The notes below the pieces were generated by a model. The model was given only the letters and a program-made list of their open reading frames with translations, was not told the DNA's origin and did not search any database. Positions 8,137 to 18,113 of a stretch of DNA of 45,534 nucleotides are shown here, one piece after another; the stretch's first letter is position 1, and each line of letters opens with the position of its first letter. Source of the DNA: a virus (lineage: Duplodnaviria; Caudoviricetes); IMG/VR virus record IMGVR_UViG_3300031965_000055, positions 1-45,534 of that record, one strand, 5' to 3'. A program made the translations under genes and the position numbers.

Positions 8137-10044
8137 TTAAACCTCTCTGAGGACCGTCGTGAAACTGGAGCCGACGAGGACTGTCGTATGACCGGAGCTG
8201 ACGAGCAGCGTGCTGAAGACGTCTCCCGGGCGCGCGGTGGGCTGATAGGACGATTCAGTGATCGTCGAGAGCGTGTCGAGGGTCTGGGCCAGGGCGCCAC
8301 GCACCTCCACGGCCCCCAGGGCGCCAGAGGTCACGAGTGGAGCCAGGAGGCCGGCTGAGCTGCCGGCGACCGCGACCGTACCGGCGCCCGAGACTGAGAC
8401 GGTGCCTAGGGTGGCGGATGTGGTGCCGCGGACCTCGGCGGTGGCAGACCCGGACCCGGTCAATGCCGCGAGCATCGCACTGGCCTGGCCGCGGACCTCG
8501 GCGGTGGCTGTCGCTCCGACGGTGACGGCCCCAAGCGTCTGCGCGAGAGATCCTTCGATCGGCGCTTCGCCTACAACGCCCTGCGCGTCGATCGTGATGG
8601 AGCCGAGGGTCGCGGTGGTAGACCCGTCGATCGGGATGCTCCCCGCTGCGGATGAGGTGAGGACACCGAGCGTGGGCGTAGCCGTGCCGGAGATCGCGAC
8701 AGTCCCGGCAGCTCCGGGGGCCGTCAGTGCTCCCAGGGTCGGGGCGGCAACACCCGCGATGTCCACCACCCCGGCCGCAGTGGGGGCCAGGGCCGCGAGC
8801 GTGACGGCGGTCGTGCCCTGGACATGGGCCGTGCCCACAGCAGAGATCGTGACGGCGTCGAGCGTCTGGTCGAGGGTACCCTCGATCGGGGCATCGCCCA
8901 CGATCCCGGCCGCTGAGAGAGCGAGGGCCGCGAGCGTGGGAGCAGAGGATCCCTGGACTTCGACCGTCGCTGTGGCCGAGGACGTGAGCGCGCCGAGGGT
9001 GGGCGTCGCGCTGCCAGCGATGGCCACGGTGGCGGTCGCGGCGAGCACGAGGGCGGCGAGGGTCTGCGCGAGCGTGCCCGTCACCTCGCCGCCGCCTACA
9101 TCCTCGTCGGCTCCGATGTCCCACGTTCCGCTGCGCGTGTCGTAGTCGATATCATCGGTGAACTCGCCGCTGAGATCAGCGCCCGCGTCCTTCGCGTTCG
9201 TGTCTCCGCCGTCGAGGTGGAAGTCCTTTCCGGTCTCGTCCACGAACGTGACGGCCTTGTTCCGATACGCGGTGTCCGGAGACGTGGCGTCCTCGGAGAT
9301 GTTGTTGGACGAGATCAGCTCTTCAGCGTTGACGTTGTAGTCGGTCGTGTTCCCGTTGCAGAGGTTGTTCTTGAGGTTGCACTGCTCATTCGCGTGGAAG
9401 TTTCCGACGTAGATTCCGGTCGTGTTCCCGTGCACCGTGTTGTTGTAGACGTGGCTGAGGACCGGCCCGTAGTCGTCGAAGTACGCGTGGGCATCGGCCC
9501 CGTTAAACCCGTAGATGATGTTGTTGTAGATGCGAGCGACTGCCGTAGTCGCCGAGGAGTCCGAGACGTCGACGCCCTTCTTGTCCGTTCCAGCACCGAC
9601 GTTTCGAATGATATTTTTCTCGACGTAGAGATCACCGGCCCCGGACCACGACACACCCTCACTGAAGCTGTCGGTTGAAGTGTTCTCGATCTGGAGACCT
9701 TGCACACGCACGTGATCTTCGGTGAGGATCAGTGCCGCGGTGAAGCCTGCGGACGGTGTCAGCCGGTACGCGGACGTGTTCCACTTGCCATCATGACGGC
9801 CAGCGGGATCGGTCCTGATCAGGATGTAGTTGGCCGCGCTCGTGGTCGTCCCGGACACCGTGACCATGGTGGTGTCCGCCGCGCTGCCCTCGCAGATTAC
9901 CTCCTCGACGTCCGCGAGCGTGCCGACGATGCGCGCGGCCTCCCACTCGTTCAGACTCGCGTACGCGCGGTTCGCCCCCGTGGTGGCGTTCGTCGTGCCA
10001 TTGCCACCTGCGGACGAAGCCGTGTTCACGTACCGCGTGATCAT
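8137..10044 (-). CDS. Putative receptor-binding/virion protein: beta-helix N-terminal domain plus Ala/Thr-rich repeat stalk
   Basis: Asn ladders (IYNNIIYG, VYNNTVHG, LKNNL) and DFHL...DAG.DLS...DID...WDIGADE, followed by about 20-aa TL.AL..SA.G.V repeats. Confidence 0.65.
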   Translation of the reverse strand: MITRYVNTASSAGGNGTTNATTGANRAYASLNEWEAARIVGTLADVEEVICEGSAADTTMVTVSGTTTSAANYILIRTDPAGRHDGKWNTSAYRLTPSAGFTAALILTEDHVRVQGLQIENTSTDSFSEGVSWSGAGDLYVEKNIIRNVGAGTDKKGVDVSDSSATTAVARIYNNIIYGFNGADAHAYFDDYGPVLSHVYNNTVHGNTTGIYVGNFHANEQCNLKNNLCNGNTTDYNVNAEELISSNNISEDATSPDTAYRNKAVTFVDETGKDFHLDGGDTNAKDAGADLSGEFTDDIDYDTRSGTWDIGADEDVGGGEVTGTLAQTLAALVLAATATVAIAGSATPTLGALTSSATATVEVQGSSAPTLAALALSAAGIVGDAPIEGTLDQTLDAVTISAVGTAHVQGTTAVTLAALAPTAAGVVDIAGVAAPTLGALTAPGAAGTVAISGTATPTLGVLTSSAAGSIPIDGSTTATLGSITIDAQGVVGEAPIEGSLAQTLGAVTVGATATAEVRGQASAMLAALTGSGSATAEVRGTTSATLGTVSVSGAGTVAVAGSSAGLLAPLVTSGALGAVEVRGALAQTLDTLSTITESSYQPTARPGDVFSTLLVSSGHTTVLVGSSFTTVLREV

Positions 10045-10048
10045 CGTC

Positions 10049-10432
10049 TCAGCTCATTCCGTTCGTCAGTGTGACCTTGTCGTAGCAGTAGTCGCTGATC
10101 TGCGCGCGCGTCATCTCCACGTAGCGGTTGTCGGTCAGGGCCTTTTTGAATCGCTGCGGCAGATCGTCGATGCGGATGGAGTATCTGCGCCTGCGCTCGA
10201 CGAAGCGCCGACCGTTGGCCAGCAGCCAGACCGGGGACATGTACTTGTCCGCTGCGGCCTTCGTCACGTCGGCGACTCTGATCAAAACGAACGGACTTGC
10301 AATCGGATTCGTGACGAAGTCGTGAGCTGCGCCACCGTCTTCGCGGACCTCAACTACGTCCCCACGCTTGTACGCGCGCGCGGCGTCGTCCCCCGCGAGT
10401 GTCCGCGTATCCGTCATGATGAGTAGGAGCAT
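10049..10432 (-). CDS. Hypothetical protein
   Basis: 127-aa ORF tightly packed in the operon. Confidence 0.55.
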   Translation of the reverse strand: MLLLIMTDTRTLAGDDAARAYKRGDVVEVREDGGAAHDFVTNPIASPFVLIRVADVTKAAADKYMSPVWLLANGRRFVERRRRYSIRIDDLPQRFKKALTDNRYVEMTRAQISDYCYDKVTLTNGMS

Positions 10433-10435
10433 TGC

Positions 10436-11983
10436 TCAGCGCTCGGAAAAGACCTCGACTCTGCATCGCCCGGCGGTTGTGAGGGTTTCCACCACGCGCT
10501 TGACCCTTCCGTCCGGCAGGACGCTAGTCGAGATGACTTGACTGCTCCGCTTGCCTCCTGTGCATGCGGGAAACGAGAAACTCGGCGCGAGGGGCTCCGA
10601 CGTAGCGCACTCCGGGCAGGCTGCGCACTCCGGGCATGGCGTCGGGCTCGGGCTCAGCTCGGGACTCGGCGATGGACTAGGCGACGGACTCGGCGATGCA
10701 GGCGGACTCGGCGATGGACTCGGCGAGGGTACCGCGCCGATCGCGCCAGCAGGCAGCACCGCGTGGTACACGTCCACGTCCGTGTTGCCCGCGTCCCAAT
10801 TCGAATTCCACGCCAAGCGCGTGAAGTCGCGGTTCGCCGTCGCGTGGGGCTCGTCCCAATAGTTGCCTGAGTACTGACTCACGTGATGATGAGCGAGGTT
10901 TAGAATGCGCGGGTTCGCGGTCAGTTCCACCGCGAATACCTTGCGATGCAGCCACTGCACCGCACCACCGTAGTCGGCGTACGTCGAGATCAGCACCCAG
11001 CCGGGACTGTCATACGCCTTGCCTGAGAAATGTAGCGCGGTAGCGGTGCCGGCGATGTAGGACTCGAACAGCTTGGTCTTCGCGAGCGTTCGAAGGTTCG
11101 TGAAGTACACGTCACCCTTGTCCGCGGTGTAGTCCACTGACACGTAGGCGTCGTCCCCATTCGGCAGCAACGCAATGTCCGAGTGCTCGCTCCGCGTGCT
11201 GATCTGACGCCGGTTGCCTAGGGTACGATCGAACACGGACACGTCGTCGTCCCACGACACCACGACGTAGTTCCCCGACGGGCTCATGCTCAAATGGTCC
11301 GGGCGCTCAGAGCCGGAAAGCGTCGATACGATGGTGTCTGAGACGAGGTCCCAGACGAAGATCCCGCGCGTCTCGAAGCTCCCGGTCTCGGCCATGAACG
11401 CCCAGTAGCGACCGTCGCGCGACGGTGAGCCCTCGGACCTCGTCCAGCAGTGCTCGATGGCCAACCACGGAAGCCTGCCGGTGAAATTGCCCACCACGCG
11501 GTTGACACGCGTGGCGACGTTCAGCTCGTTGACCACCAGGCCCCCGTTGATCGGAAGCCAATAGAGCAGGTCCGGATTCGTCGGGTGCCACTGTGGCTCC
11601 GCATCCCCGCCGAGCCCGGGCAGCTCCGACTGCGTGAGCGCGGCCGTGCTGTGCACCCACCACGCGCCGTTGAGCGAGTAGCTCAAGAAGCGCGTGCTGT
11701 CGGCGTTGAACGCCTGACGCCGCGAGTAGTCGTTGCGCTGAAATCCGCTGATCCCGCTCGCGGTGTGATCGGTGACGCGCACCACGCTCGTCCCGTAGAC
11801 GGGATCAGCGTACGTGACTCCCTTCGCGGGCTTCGCCGTGCCTGCCGGAGGCTGGGTGTTGTCCTTGCCCTCGATCAGGGCATAGCCGGCGACGGCCGAG
11901 AGCACGACAGCAGCGACAATCGCCGGACGGAGTGGGCGCTGCATCACGCCGCGCACGAGGGGCGGGAACCACACGTGACTCAC
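10436..11983 (-). CDS. Secreted/anchored beta-propeller-like protein with Pro-Ser linker
   Basis: Hydrophobic N-terminus (AIVAAVVLSAVAGYALI), DPVYGT.V.RVTD, YSRRQAFNAD, EPQWHP, SPSRDGRY, MSPSGNY and EPHAT.NRD, then a (PS)n tract. Confidence 0.6.
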   Translation of the reverse strand: MSHVWFPPLVRGVMQRPLRPAIVAAVVLSAVAGYALIEGKDNTQPPAGTAKPAKGVTYADPVYGTSVVRVTDHTASGISGFQRNDYSRRQAFNADSTRFLSYSLNGAWWVHSTAALTQSELPGLGGDAEPQWHPTNPDLLYWLPINGGLVVNELNVATRVNRVVGNFTGRLPWLAIEHCWTRSEGSPSRDGRYWAFMAETGSFETRGIFVWDLVSDTIVSTLSGSERPDHLSMSPSGNYVVVSWDDDVSVFDRTLGNRRQISTRSEHSDIALLPNGDDAYVSVDYTADKGDVYFTNLRTLAKTKLFESYIAGTATALHFSGKAYDSPGWVLISTYADYGGAVQWLHRKVFAVELTANPRILNLAHHHVSQYSGNYWDEPHATANRDFTRLAWNSNWDAGNTDVDVYHAVLPAGAIGAVPSPSPSPSPPASPSPSPSPSPSPELSPSPTPCPECAACPECATSEPLAPSFSFPACTGGKRSSQVISTSVLPDGRVKRVVETLTTAGRCRVEVFSER

Positions 11984-12333
11984 ATCAGCCCTCTTTCCTT
12001 GAGCAGGAGGTTCTTGATCTGCTCGTACTCGTCGCTCTTGACGCCTGCGCTCCCCCCGGCCAGCAACGCGCCCGAAATCGCGGCACAGACCGCGGCCGCG
12101 GCGTTGATCCACTGCACGGGATAAAACGCTGCGAGCGTGATGAGCACTCCGGCGAGCCCGCCGAAGAATCCGCCAATCGGTTTCTTCTGCGCCGCGAGAC
12201 GGCGGACGAAGCGCTCGATCCGTGTCAACTCTTCGTCCGCCTGCACCCGCCCCCGCACGTCTGCATCGTTGAGGGGGTCGATGCGCCGCCGCTGAAGGAC
12301 AACCGGGGGCGGCACGATCTCGATCTCTTCCAT
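11980..12333 (-). CDS. Two-TM membrane protein, holin candidate
   Basis: Two hydrophobic helices and a charged C-terminus, near the endolysin. Confidence 0.45.
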   Translation of the reverse strand: MEEIEIVPPPVVLQRRRIDPLNDADVRGRVQADEELTRIERFVRRLAAQKKPIGGFFGGLAGVLITLAAFYPVQWINAAAAVCAAISGALLAGGSAGVKSDEYEQIKNLLLKERGLM

Positions 12334-12713
12334 CAGCGGCCTCCGATCAGCGAGTGCGCGCGTAGCGGCGGGGCCTGGCATGTCGGCAGGCGCGACGTTG
12401 CCCATGTCGTCGCATCGAGGGCGACGACCGATTCTCCCGGCGGGTACGGCTTGCCCTGATCAACCAGGACCGCGGAGCACCGCGCACAACGCTGCCGCGG
12501 GCGGTGCTGGCCCACGTGCCCCGCAAGGTGGACGACCTCTTGACTCACCGCCTCTTGGGCGTGCGGTGTCATCTCGACTGCCACGGACGCCCGCGACGGC
12601 GAAGCTCGACAAGCGCGCGCTCCGCAACGTGATCGAGCGCAGGCACGCGATACAGCCAATCAGACAAAAGCCGCAGGGCCCACAGGGGAAGAAGTCTCAT
12701 GTCATCACCACCG

Positions 12714-13253
12714 TCATCTGACAAACTTCGAGGCGCGATTGACCCACCCGCGCAGGAACTTCAGTTGCGTGTTCGGGTGCGCCTGGCGGAATTCCCGCAC
12801 ATCTGAGTCGTTCAGTACGACCGAAACGAAGTGGTCGAAGTACTGACGTAGCACGCTCGCATAGACCGTGTCGACGTTGCTGCCGGCCAGTCGCTCGTGT
12901 GTCTCTGGTCCCATGATTCCGTCCGCTACCGCACCTACGGCGAGCTGCAGCGCCCGGGTCGCCCTTCGCGGTCCAGAGGTCACACCGAAGTCCACCACGA
13001 GCGTCCGGAGCGGCTCATAGATGCGAGCGAACCCAGGCTCGGCAACGAAGCGCTGGATGTAGATCGTCCGCGCCTCCTCCTCAGTCAGGTTGCGGACGTC
13101 GTCCGCTGTCGCGCCAGGGCGGACTTCGCGCAGGGTCGCCAGCGTGACCCCGTATTTCGTTGGTCCGCCGCGGTCTGCCGCGTCGTCGGTGTAGGTCGAG
13201 CCCTCGCTCTGGATGACGCTACTGATCACGTCGTAGAGGGTAGGGTCGCTCAC
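12714..13253 (-). CDS. Endolysin, glycoside hydrolase family 108
   Basis: VIQSEG.TY.DD.ADRGGPTKYGVT, LTEEEA..IY, DFGV.SG..RA...LQ, DGIMGP.T and FLRGWVNR. Confidence 0.9.
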   Translation of the reverse strand: MSDPTLYDVISSVIQSEGSTYTDDAADRGGPTKYGVTLATLREVRPGATADDVRNLTEEEARTIYIQRFVAEPGFARIYEPLRTLVVDFGVTSGPRRATRALQLAVGAVADGIMGPETHERLAGSNVDTVYASVLRQYFDHFVSVVLNDSDVREFRQAHPNTQLKFLRGWVNRASKFVR

Positions 13254-13537
13254 CGACGCCGCTCCAGAAGTTTGACCGCGCGCGTCAGCTCGCGGACCTC
13301 GGAGCGTTGTTCCGCGAGCTGCGAGGCGAGAGCGTCGATCTTGAGATTGGTTAAGGCCCCCTGGCCAACCACCTCGGCCTGAAACCTGCTGAGGTCGGAC
13401 GCCGTCTGCTGAGCGCGCTCCCGCGTCGAGTCGATGGTGGTCAAGTAGGTGCCGGCGCCGCCGACGACGAGCGCGGCGAACACAACCCCGATCAGACCGG
13501 TCCGGCCTGTACCGTCCTCGCGTTCGCTGTCGTTCAT
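13250..13537 (-). CDS. Single-TM coiled-coil protein (lysis-associated?)
   Basis: TM segment LIGVVFAALVVGGAG plus a heptad region, coupled to the endolysin start. Confidence 0.5.
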   Translation of the reverse strand: MNDSEREDGTGRTGLIGVVFAALVVGGAGTYLTTIDSTRERAQQTASDLSRFQAEVVGQGALTNLKIDALASQLAEQRSEVRELTRAVKLLERRR

Positions 13538-13881
13538 TCGCGTCCTCCGGGCTTCCATTCCTTGATCTCGTCCTTGATGCGGAGGCGGCCAACGTCGTCT
13601 TCGACAGTTCCGAGGCGCTCGTGGTCCTTGCCCTGCCTGACAATTTGCTCGTCCTGACGCTCGTTCAGCCGCGCCACCGCGGACCGAAGCGAGGACACAG
13701 AACGCTTGAGTCGCTCCAGCCGCCTAGTCACGATCCCGTACCAGCGCTTGGACGGAAGGTTCTCTGTGGCCTCCAACCTCTGAACGAACCAGCGCTTGAA
13801 GAGCATGCCTCCGAATCCGACGACGGCAAGAACCAGAGCCCAGGCAAGCGCCAAGCGCGCGTCCGGGGCGAGGTCGGTCAC
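13534..13881 (-). CDS. Single-TM coiled-coil protein (lysis-associated?)
   Basis: TM segment LALAWALVLAVVGFGGMLF plus a coiled coil. Confidence 0.5.
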   Translation of the reverse strand: MTDLAPDARLALAWALVLAVVGFGGMLFKRWFVQRLEATENLPSKRWYGIVTRRLERLKRSVSSLRSAVARLNERQDEQIVRQGKDHERLGTVEDDVGRLRIKDEIKEWKPGGRE

Positions 13882-14226
13882 GGAAACACCTCGCCCTGGG
13901 TCCTGCCACATCGGTCGCAGCAGCGATAGGTAGCGTGACCGCCGCACCACAAATGGCCGGCGATCAGGCACAGCACAAGCTTCCAGTTCCCGCGGCTGTC
14001 CACACCACGACGGTAGCGGTAGCTGATGTAGCTGTACGTCTCCGTCGCGCGGCCCTGATGCCGCTTCACCGGACGGTGATCCGATCTTGTCGCTCCGAGC
14101 AGCGCGGAGACGTAACGGGATCGTCGTCGCGCAAGCGAGCCATCCGTGCCCTCTGGCGTGCGGCATGGGCGGCCTTGGCCATCAGCCGTACGACCTGCTC
14201 ATCCCTCGGCTTTTGCCACATCGCTT

Positions 14227-15456
14227 TCACGGTACGTACCACTCGATGATCGTGCAGGTGTCGCCGACGACCCTCACCGGTTGCCCGAGGCCGTCCTGCA
14301 CGTCTGGCCGTGGGCACACCCGATAGGCGTGATGCCCGGACCCTAGGAGTCCCACGCGCAGGAGGTAGCCGCCATCGCCCTGCGGCTTTGCCGGCTTCGT
14401 GCTGCGCCCCTGGACGTGCGTCCACTCGGGACCTCGGGGGTCTTCGCACTCGCGCCAGAGGGGGCCGTGGTCGTCCCCGTTGGTCTCGCAGACAGCGTGA
14501 TGGTCGGAGTTGCAGGGTAGACCGCGACCAGAGCCGAATCGCGGCGTGCTGTCAAGCGTGACGTACCCGCCGGCGCGGATATCTGTCTTGGCGAGCGGTT
14601 GGAATGAACCCGTCATAGACGAGTGGACACCGCCCCCCCAACGCACGAGAGGTGGGCACGTCCCGGGTATAGAGCCGGGCCGCGGGCTAGACTGCGGCGG
14701 AGCCGGAGGCGGAGACGATGGGCTCCCCGGCGTCTCCTCCGGACACGTACTCGCGACCACCTCTGCGAGAGCGATCGGGCACGTTGGCCCCGTGTACCCG
14801 TCGAGGTCCGCCGGGTTGAGGATCGTCCCATCGGCGCTCACTCGATTCGCGCGCGCATCCAGGCACCAGGGATGATCATCGTTGCCCTGGCAGTAGGCGC
14901 CACAGGCTCCCCAGTGGGGAAAATCTTGCCCCCCCGCATACCGCGGCTGCACTGGGCAACTCCAGTTTCTCGTCCGCCGCGCCCATTCGATTTTTTCGGA
15001 GGGCGTGTCGCACTCGTGTTTTTCACCGAGGACCACTCGATACATGCGCTCGTATGTCGCACCTCCTGCCATGCGGTCTTTGACCGTGCGTGCAGGCGAG
15101 TAGCTGTGCCACGGGCCGTTTCGACGCTCGATAACGCCATGGCCAGGTTGCGTCGTCGTGGTAACGCACACGGGAGGAAACGGCGGTGGAGGCGCAGTCG
15201 GGGTCGCTGGAGGCGCGGTTGGTGCGGGAGACGGCACGGGGGATGGCGTAGTCGGCGATGGTGTCGGAATCGGCACGCTCGGAGGCGGACTCGCCGAAGG
15301 CAATGGAGAAGTGGGCGGCGATGGCACCGCTGGCACAACGCACAGCGGCCACGTCCCCGTGCTGCCAGGGGGACAGGATGGCAGCTCGATTGAGCCGCCG
15401 CACGATACGCCAAGCAGAACCCCGCCAAGCGCGAGTACGCCGATTCTCGATCTCAT
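14227..15456 (-). CDS. Pro/Cys-rich putative lipoprotein
   Basis: MRSRIGVLALGGVLLGVS-C resembles a lipoprotein signal peptide. Pro-rich linkers separate Cys-rich domains. Confidence 0.55.
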   Translation of the reverse strand: MRSRIGVLALGGVLLGVSCGGSIELPSCPPGSTGTWPLCVVPAVPSPPTSPLPSASPPPSVPIPTPSPTTPSPVPSPAPTAPPATPTAPPPPFPPVCVTTTTQPGHGVIERRNGPWHSYSPARTVKDRMAGGATYERMYRVVLGEKHECDTPSEKIEWARRTRNWSCPVQPRYAGGQDFPHWGACGAYCQGNDDHPWCLDARANRVSADGTILNPADLDGYTGPTCPIALAEVVASTCPEETPGSPSSPPPAPPQSSPRPGSIPGTCPPLVRWGGGVHSSMTGSFQPLAKTDIRAGGYVTLDSTPRFGSGRGLPCNSDHHAVCETNGDDHGPLWRECEDPRGPEWTHVQGRSTKPAKPQGDGGYLLRVGLLGSGHHAYRVCPRPDVQDGLGQPVRVVGDTCTIIEWYVP

Positions 15457-15758
15457 CGCGACCACCCCGCCTTGACACCTGCGACTGCTCCGCGGCGGTT
15501 GCCGGCCTCGAGGAAACCGCCGAAGCTCCAGCCGGCCGGAAGCCGAACCATCACCGACGTGCGTCCGACGATCTCTCCGTCCTCCAGTGTTCCGGTGAGG
15601 AGGAAGCACACGCGGTCTCCTGCGGGCACCTGCGCCAGCTCGGCATCGATCCTCGCGAGGATCGACGCATCGCTGAACGGGTGCGGTCGGACTTCGTCGG
15701 TGGTGTCCGGAGGTAGGTTCGTAGGCAAGGAGCGGCTCCCTTTTCGGAAACCGCTCAC
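15453..15758 (-). CDS. Hypothetical protein
   Basis: ORF coupled to the downstream gene, with a beta-rich C-terminus. Confidence 0.45.
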   Translation of the reverse strand: MSGFRKGSRSLPTNLPPDTTDEVRPHPFSDASILARIDAELAQVPAGDRVCFLLTGTLEDGEIVGRTSVMVRLPAGWSFGGFLEAGNRRGAVAGVKAGWSR

Positions 15759-15864
15759 CGTGGGGGGCCCGGCTCAGGACTGCCCACGCCTACAGCCCCA
15801 AGCATTCGTTGCCATCCCGGGGCGGGAGCGAACTAGGCTAAGTGTGCGCGTTTCATGACCGAAG

Positions 15865-16098
15865 TCAAACTGATTCGCGCGTACGGTGACGCCCGACAGG
15901 ACGGAAGAAGCCCTCCCACTGCCGCATGGTCCGCGTCTCCTTCCGGCCCGTCACCTGGGCCTTCACTTCCAGTGTCCCCTCGTCCTCGTCGTCCATCGCC
16001 TGATCGAGCACGCGGACCAGGCGCAACCGGAACGCGCGTGGAACTCGGGCCAGGGCCTTGCGGATCTGCTCGAGCTCGGCGTCAGTGATGGGCTCCAT
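15865..16098 (-). CDS. Hypothetical protein
   Basis: MEPITDAELEQIRKAL..., last gene before an intergenic gap. Confidence 0.5.
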   Translation of the reverse strand: MEPITDAELEQIRKALARVPRAFRLRLVRVLDQAMDDEDEGTLEVKAQVTGRKETRTMRQWEGFFRPVGRHRTRESV

Positions 16099-16246
16099 CA
16101 GGCCGCGGCAGCTGGCGGCTTCCTCGAGCCCGTGCAGTCGGCGATCAGGCCGCCGCGCGGCCGGGGCCGGTGGATCCGCATGAGACCGTCGGCGCGGAGC
16201 ACGAGCCGTCGCCCGCACTCCGCGCACGTACCGATGCCGTGGTACT

Positions 16247-16804
16247 TCATGGCGCCGGGTCACCCTTGTGGACGCGCGCCGGGTCACCCTTGTGGACGCG
16301 CTGCCCGTAGGCAGCGAGCAGAAGCGCCTCGGCCATGCCGTCGTGGTGCACCCGGCACCGTGGGCTCGCGAGTAGAGACACGAGCGGGAAAAATCGCTGG
16401 GCGGCCATGATGCTCCGTTGCTTGGTGTCGCTCTCGGGAGTACCGGCGTGCATCGCCTTCTGCCATGTGCGCGGCGCGACGAGGTAATACGGGACCCCGA
16501 GGGCCACCAGCATCCATTCCCAGCCGCGACCCACGCCGCGCGCGAAGTTGGCCGAGCCGCCGGGGAACGATGGCGGCATCGGCTGGGTTTTCTCGACCGT
16601 GACGAAGAGGCGGTGCGGACCACCGGCGAGCGCAGCCGCGTGGAGAAACACGTCGCGGATCGCGGGAAGATCGAACTCCTCCCGCGATCCGCTGGCCGGA
16701 ATCATCGGCGTGACTTGCGCGACCGCCACTCCCGTCTCGTTGTCGAGGAACGCGATGGCGCCGGATTTCCCAGGGTCGACCCCGACATAGACCGCGGCGG
16801 CCAT
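16247..16804 (-). CDS. RuvC-like Holliday junction resolvase
   Basis: VGVDPGKSGAIA, VEK, V.P..WQK, K..S and HDGMAEALLLA.YG. Confidence 0.85.
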   Translation of the reverse strand: MAAAVYVGVDPGKSGAIAFLDNETGVAVAQVTPMIPASGSREEFDLPAIRDVFLHAAALAGGPHRLFVTVEKTQPMPPSFPGGSANFARGVGRGWEWMLVALGVPYYLVAPRTWQKAMHAGTPESDTKQRSIMAAQRFFPLVSLLASPRCRVHHDGMAEALLLAAYGQRVHKGDPARVHKGDPAP

Positions 16805-16807
16805 GGC

Positions 16808-17419
16808 TCAGTGCGTCGCCGGGCTGGTCGGCTTGGTGGGTGGCGCCGGCGCCTTCGGAGGCTGGTCGAGGAGGCTGAATTGCCTCGAGCGCTTCAGTCG
16901 CTTCGCGAACTCGATCAGGTCTTTCTTCCAGATCCCGTGCCGGCTGATGATCTCAGAGAACTCCTCGACGTCGTGCTTGCGAGTGCGGAAGACGTTGCGG
17001 CCGCGCTCGTCGACCATCGGCTCGTCATTCTTGTCGAGCCTGATGGTCGCGTGCGTGAGCTCGTGATCGATGAGCGCGGCACGCTGCTCGTCGCTGACTT
17101 CGGCGTCCTCGTAGAACGCCTGGCTGAGCAGGATCACGAAGTCGTAGGGCATCAGCTCGCGGTCGAGGTCAGATGCCTTCTTGCACTGTCCGAGCTTCTT
17201 GACGCCGTCGACGTCGGGCTTCCACGAGCGCGCCCAGGCGAGCGCGATGCGCGCCTTCGCGTTGTCGAGTTCCTCGTGGTGTTTCTCGACCAGGTGGTCG
17301 AGCACCTCGTACATTTTCTCTCCGACCTTCGAGTCGCGCTTGATGAGCTGGTACGCGATGCGCTTCTCGAGACTCTTCGGCTTTCGTGCTCGTCCCACTT
17401 CAAACCTCCCTACCGGCAT
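16808..17419 (-). CDS. Putative phage metallopeptidase
   Basis: ALIDHELTH (HExxH) and KHDVEEF...RHG. Confidence 0.8.
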   Translation of the reverse strand: MPVGRFEVGRARKPKSLEKRIAYQLIKRDSKVGEKMYEVLDHLVEKHHEELDNAKARIALAWARSWKPDVDGVKKLGQCKKASDLDRELMPYDFVILLSQAFYEDAEVSDEQRAALIDHELTHATIRLDKNDEPMVDERGRNVFRTRKHDVEEFSEIISRHGIWKKDLIEFAKRLKRSRQFSLLDQPPKAPAPPTKPTSPATH

Positions 17420-18113
17420 CAGCCGGCTCTTGCGTCGTGATCTGCTGGGCCTGGCGCCGGAGCTCGGTTAGGCGTTCGTCGGTCGCTACGATCTCGGCTG
17501 GCTTCCGCGCCACGGGCTCGACGCCCAGCCGCTCGCGGATCTCGCGCATCGCCTGCGCGGCGGCGCCGGCATCGACGGGCGGCTCCGTCTCGACATCGCC
17601 CGTGATAGCCTTGACCGGGCCGGCCGGGAGAAGGCGCGTCCTCGGGTCCTGGCTGGCGGCCACCTGATAGGCGGCGAGAAAGCGCTCGCGCCGTTTCGGC
17701 TCGTCCCATGTCGTCGCGAAGGCGCTGTGCCCGCCCGCCGCGAGGAACGCCTCAGCCGCCGCGATGCCGCACGTCGCGAGCACGCCGCGGAATGTCCACA
17801 CGCGCCCCGCCCCTGGGGTGTACTCACCGGCGGCGAGCACCTGGTCATATGCGCGCGAGGACTCGGGCGCGAGCGACGGGAAGCCGCGGAACTCTCGCAG
17901 CGCGTCGAAGAGCGCCGGAACGGTAGGCACGAAGCCCTGCCACCCCTTGCCCCAGCGAACCGCGGCGCCCGCGGTGAAAGCCTCCCACTCGGCCTGCGTG
18001 GTCTCGTTGCGGAATGCGAGCCAGTACGCGCGCAGGGTCTCGCCGGTCACGGGCTTGTTGAGCTGCAGCGCGATCACGCCGAGGCCTGCGCCGAACGGCT
18101 TGAGCTCGATCAC
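17400..18113 (-). CDS. Hypothetical protein, possible helicase loader/replication accessory
   Basis: Position downstream of the Rep-like gene; F.PT...L and A.GG motifs. Function inferred. Confidence 0.4.
   Translation of the reverse strand: MIELKPFGAGLGVIALQLNKPVTGETLRAYWLAFRNETTQAEWEAFTAGAAVRWGKGWQGFVPTVPALFDALREFRGFPSLAPESSRAYDQVLAAGEYTPGAGRVWTFRGVLATCGIAAAEAFLAAGGHSAFATTWDEPKRRERFLAAYQVAASQDPRTRLLPAGPVKAITGDVETEPPVDAGAAAQAMREIRERLGVEPVARKPAEIVATDERLTELRRQAQQITTQEPADAGREV

Noticed and set aside
10640-10730. GGACTCGGCGAT repeats as a regulatory or guide array
   Set aside because: The period is a multiple of 3 and the repeats encode the Pro-Ser linker.
15760-15870. tRNA or structured ncRNA in the intergenic gap
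   Set aside because: No cloverleaf or T-loop consensus. Only a weak possible minus-strand promoter (TTGACT...CACACT), too uncertain to call.
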